Of a stretch of DNA of 64,000 bases, positions 62,372 to 64,000 are shown one piece after another. Under the pieces are notes generated by a model. It saw nothing but the letters and a program-made list of their open reading frames with translations, was not told the DNA's origin and ran no database searches. Origin of the DNA: Planctomycetota bacterium (lineage in GTDB: Bacteria > Planctomycetota > PLA2 > JAEUHO01). The DNA lies in contig JBFWRP010000017.1 of NCBI GenBank assembly GCA_050248855.1, positions 1 through 64,000 of the forward strand, read 5' to 3'. Both the position numbers and the translations under genes were made by a program. How positions within the stretch are numbered: the stretch's first letter is position 1; every line of letters starts with the position of its first letter.

Positions 62372-62619
62372 TCGTCGCCCTCCTTGCCGCCCGCGTGCGC
62401 CCGAAACCGCGGGGGGAGGGAGGCTAAGCCTCCACGCTCCACCGTTCAAGGGGGGAGCGGGATGGCGCGCGGGTGAATCCCAATGACCTCGCTGGACGCA
62501 CGACTCCGATGATCGACCGCAAGCGACCACGTGCGGCGGTCCGACGCCCGGGAGGCTGCGTCGGGGCGTGGCACCGTGAGGGGTGCAGGGGGGGTACGGA
62601 ATAGCCCCCCTGCCACGAG

Positions 62620-62636
62620 TGCAACCAACGGTTGCA
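62620..62636. promoter_or_regulatory. 17-bp dyad TGCAACC-AAC-GGTTGCA
   Basis: Perfect 7-bp arms between the bEBP gene and the tRNA. Confidence 0.4.
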
Positions 62637-62756
62637 TGAGTGCAGATTCCTCGGTCGAAGGCCGTCGACACGCGATGCGCGCCCGGGCATCCACGGATCT
62701 CCCGCGCCGGAACGTGCCCCCCGCGCCCCAATCGACTAGTCTCCCCTCCTCTGCGT

Positions 62757-62833
62757 CGGGGCGTGGCGCAGCTTGGTAGCGCGCTTGACTGGGGGTCAAG
62801 AGGTCGCTGGTTCGAATCCAGTCGCCCCGACCA
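62757..62833 (+). tRNA. tRNA-Pro (anticodon GGG)
   Basis: CGGGGCG/CGCCCCG acceptor stem, D loop TGGTA, CTTGA-CTGGGGG-TCAAG anticodon arm, GGTTCGAATCC, encoded CCA. Confidence 0.97.
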
Positions 62834-63227
62834 TCCTTCCCCTCCGATCGATGACAGCCGCCTCACCTGATGGGCTTCGGAGTCGGCCCGTGCCGTGATG
62901 CGCGCGACCTTGCGCGGGCCCCATTCCGGCTCACATGCCTACGCTCGTGGCCGCGGGGGAGGATGGTTGATCGCGTTCGACTTGCCGCGTCGCGACCACG
63001 AGTCGCTGGGGCGGGAGGCGCTTCGGTAGCATGCTCCAATCGACCGTTGCGCGGCCCGATAGGAATTGCTCTGGCACCGTACTCCTGGTCTTCCAGAGGA
63101 TCGCCCAGGCCCCGGGCCTGCCGCAAAGCAGTCGCAGAGGCGATGCAGCCAGCACCGCGGGCTCATGGCTTCAGATGTCGGGTAGGCGCGATGGTGTGTT
63201 GCGATCGTACGGTCGTGCTTGCCCCGG

Positions 63228-63302
63228 CTCGATCATTCATGAGATTTGCCCGCACTCGGTATCCTCGATCATTCATGAGATTTGCCCGCACTCGGTATCC
63301 TC
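63228..63302. repeat. Perfect 36-bp tandem duplication
   Basis: CTCGATCATTCATGAGATTTGCCCGCACTCGGTATC x2, plus CTC. Confidence 0.9.
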
Positions 63303-63333
63303 ACATCCAGCGTTGCCGACACGGGGGCAGTCC

Positions 63334-63909
63334 TCACGCTGCCGCAATCGCCGCGGCCATCGCCGTGCGGTGGTCCCTCCGCCAGGGGGAGCCGAGCTGC
63401 ATGCCAGCCTCGAGGAGCAGGTCGTCGATGGTATCGCGGCCGAGCGCGTGTGCCGCCGCGTCGAACACGGTCTTGGCTTCGTACCAGGAAACCCTCCAGC
63501 CGCGTGCGGTGGCGGCGTCGGCGAGCGCGTGGCGGAACATGACGGTGTCGGCCATGCACTGGGCGCGGTAGTCGGCAAGACGCGCTGCGATGGTTTCGGG
63601 AAGTGGCGGACACGCGCGCAGGGCGATGGCTGCCAGGCGCGGGCCCACGTCTCGCGCGAGGGACTCGAGTGCTCGTGCAGCGCAGCGCTTGGCGGAGGCA
63701 CGCACCTTCTCCACGAGGGCTACCGCTTCCCCTACGGGCAGCTTCTGCCCCTCGTGATGGTGCGGCAGCACGGGGAGGCCCGTGTCCACCAAGTCGACAC
63801 GCCGGCGATCTAGCACCACGGCATCGGGCCCCACGGTGACGAGGACGGCCCAGCCGGCGTGGTCGGCTACGCCGACAGCCGCCGACGCATGCCCGGGCTG
63901 TTGTCTCAT
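63334..63909 (-). CDS. Conserved hypothetical protein
   Basis: VGVADHAGWAVLVTV...LDRRRVDL...PHHHE...AD.VMFR.AL..AA...GSPWR.DH; protein-like composition. Confidence 0.7.
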   Translation of the reverse strand: MRQQPGHASAAVGVADHAGWAVLVTVGPDAVVLDRRRVDLVDTGLPVLPHHHEGQKLPVGEAVALVEKVRASAKRCAARALESLARDVGPRLAAIALRACPPLPETIAARLADYRAQCMADTVMFRHALADAATARGWRVSWYEAKTVFDAAAHALGRDTIDDLLLEAGMQLGSPWRRDHRTAMAAAIAAA

Positions 63910-64000
63910 GATCGTGGTCCCCGGACGTGGATCGTGTCATGTTCTACGATGGCCTGCCTATCGGACGAGGCGCTGACAAGGGAGCACACGAGCCACATGC

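Noticed and set aside
63228..63302. 36-bp repeat as a CRISPR array
   Set aside because: The two copies are directly adjacent with no spacer, and there are no cas genes.

Overview
High-GC bacterial chromosomal window, probably Planctomycetota (inferred from gene content and protein motifs, not tested). It is mostly housekeeping and envelope genes: wecB, moaDE, ppsR, an ABC-2 cassette, ispD/ispF, ruvC, recO, bamD/lptE-like, ftsH-folP-cdaA, glmM, tsaB, alr, manC, ruvX, rpsO-pnp, hydantoinase A/B, plsY-gpsA and tRNA-Pro(GGG). The standout is a ~1.2 kb highly structured non-coding locus on the minus strand (~59381-60625). It has strand-biased GNRA/UUCG hairpins, a repeated internal module, paired 5'/3' ends, a boxB/boxA-like leader, a terminator-like hairpin and a correctly spaced sigma54 (-24/-12) promoter. 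It lies directly downstream of a sigma54 enhancer-binding protein gene and upstream of three tandem ~650-aa paralogous surface proteins. Other notable items: a 101-bp triple-hairpin insert with a 4-bp duplication interrupting a DUF222-like gene; a second candidate ~210-nt sRNA whose promoter carries an operator-like palindrome and which is divergent from a LexA/XRE-like repressor lacking the catalytic dyad; and two HEAT-repeat proteins carrying a segment otherwise seen in a secretin-like protein. All calls come from reading the sequence by eye; no searches or folding programs were run. Start codons are my estimates.
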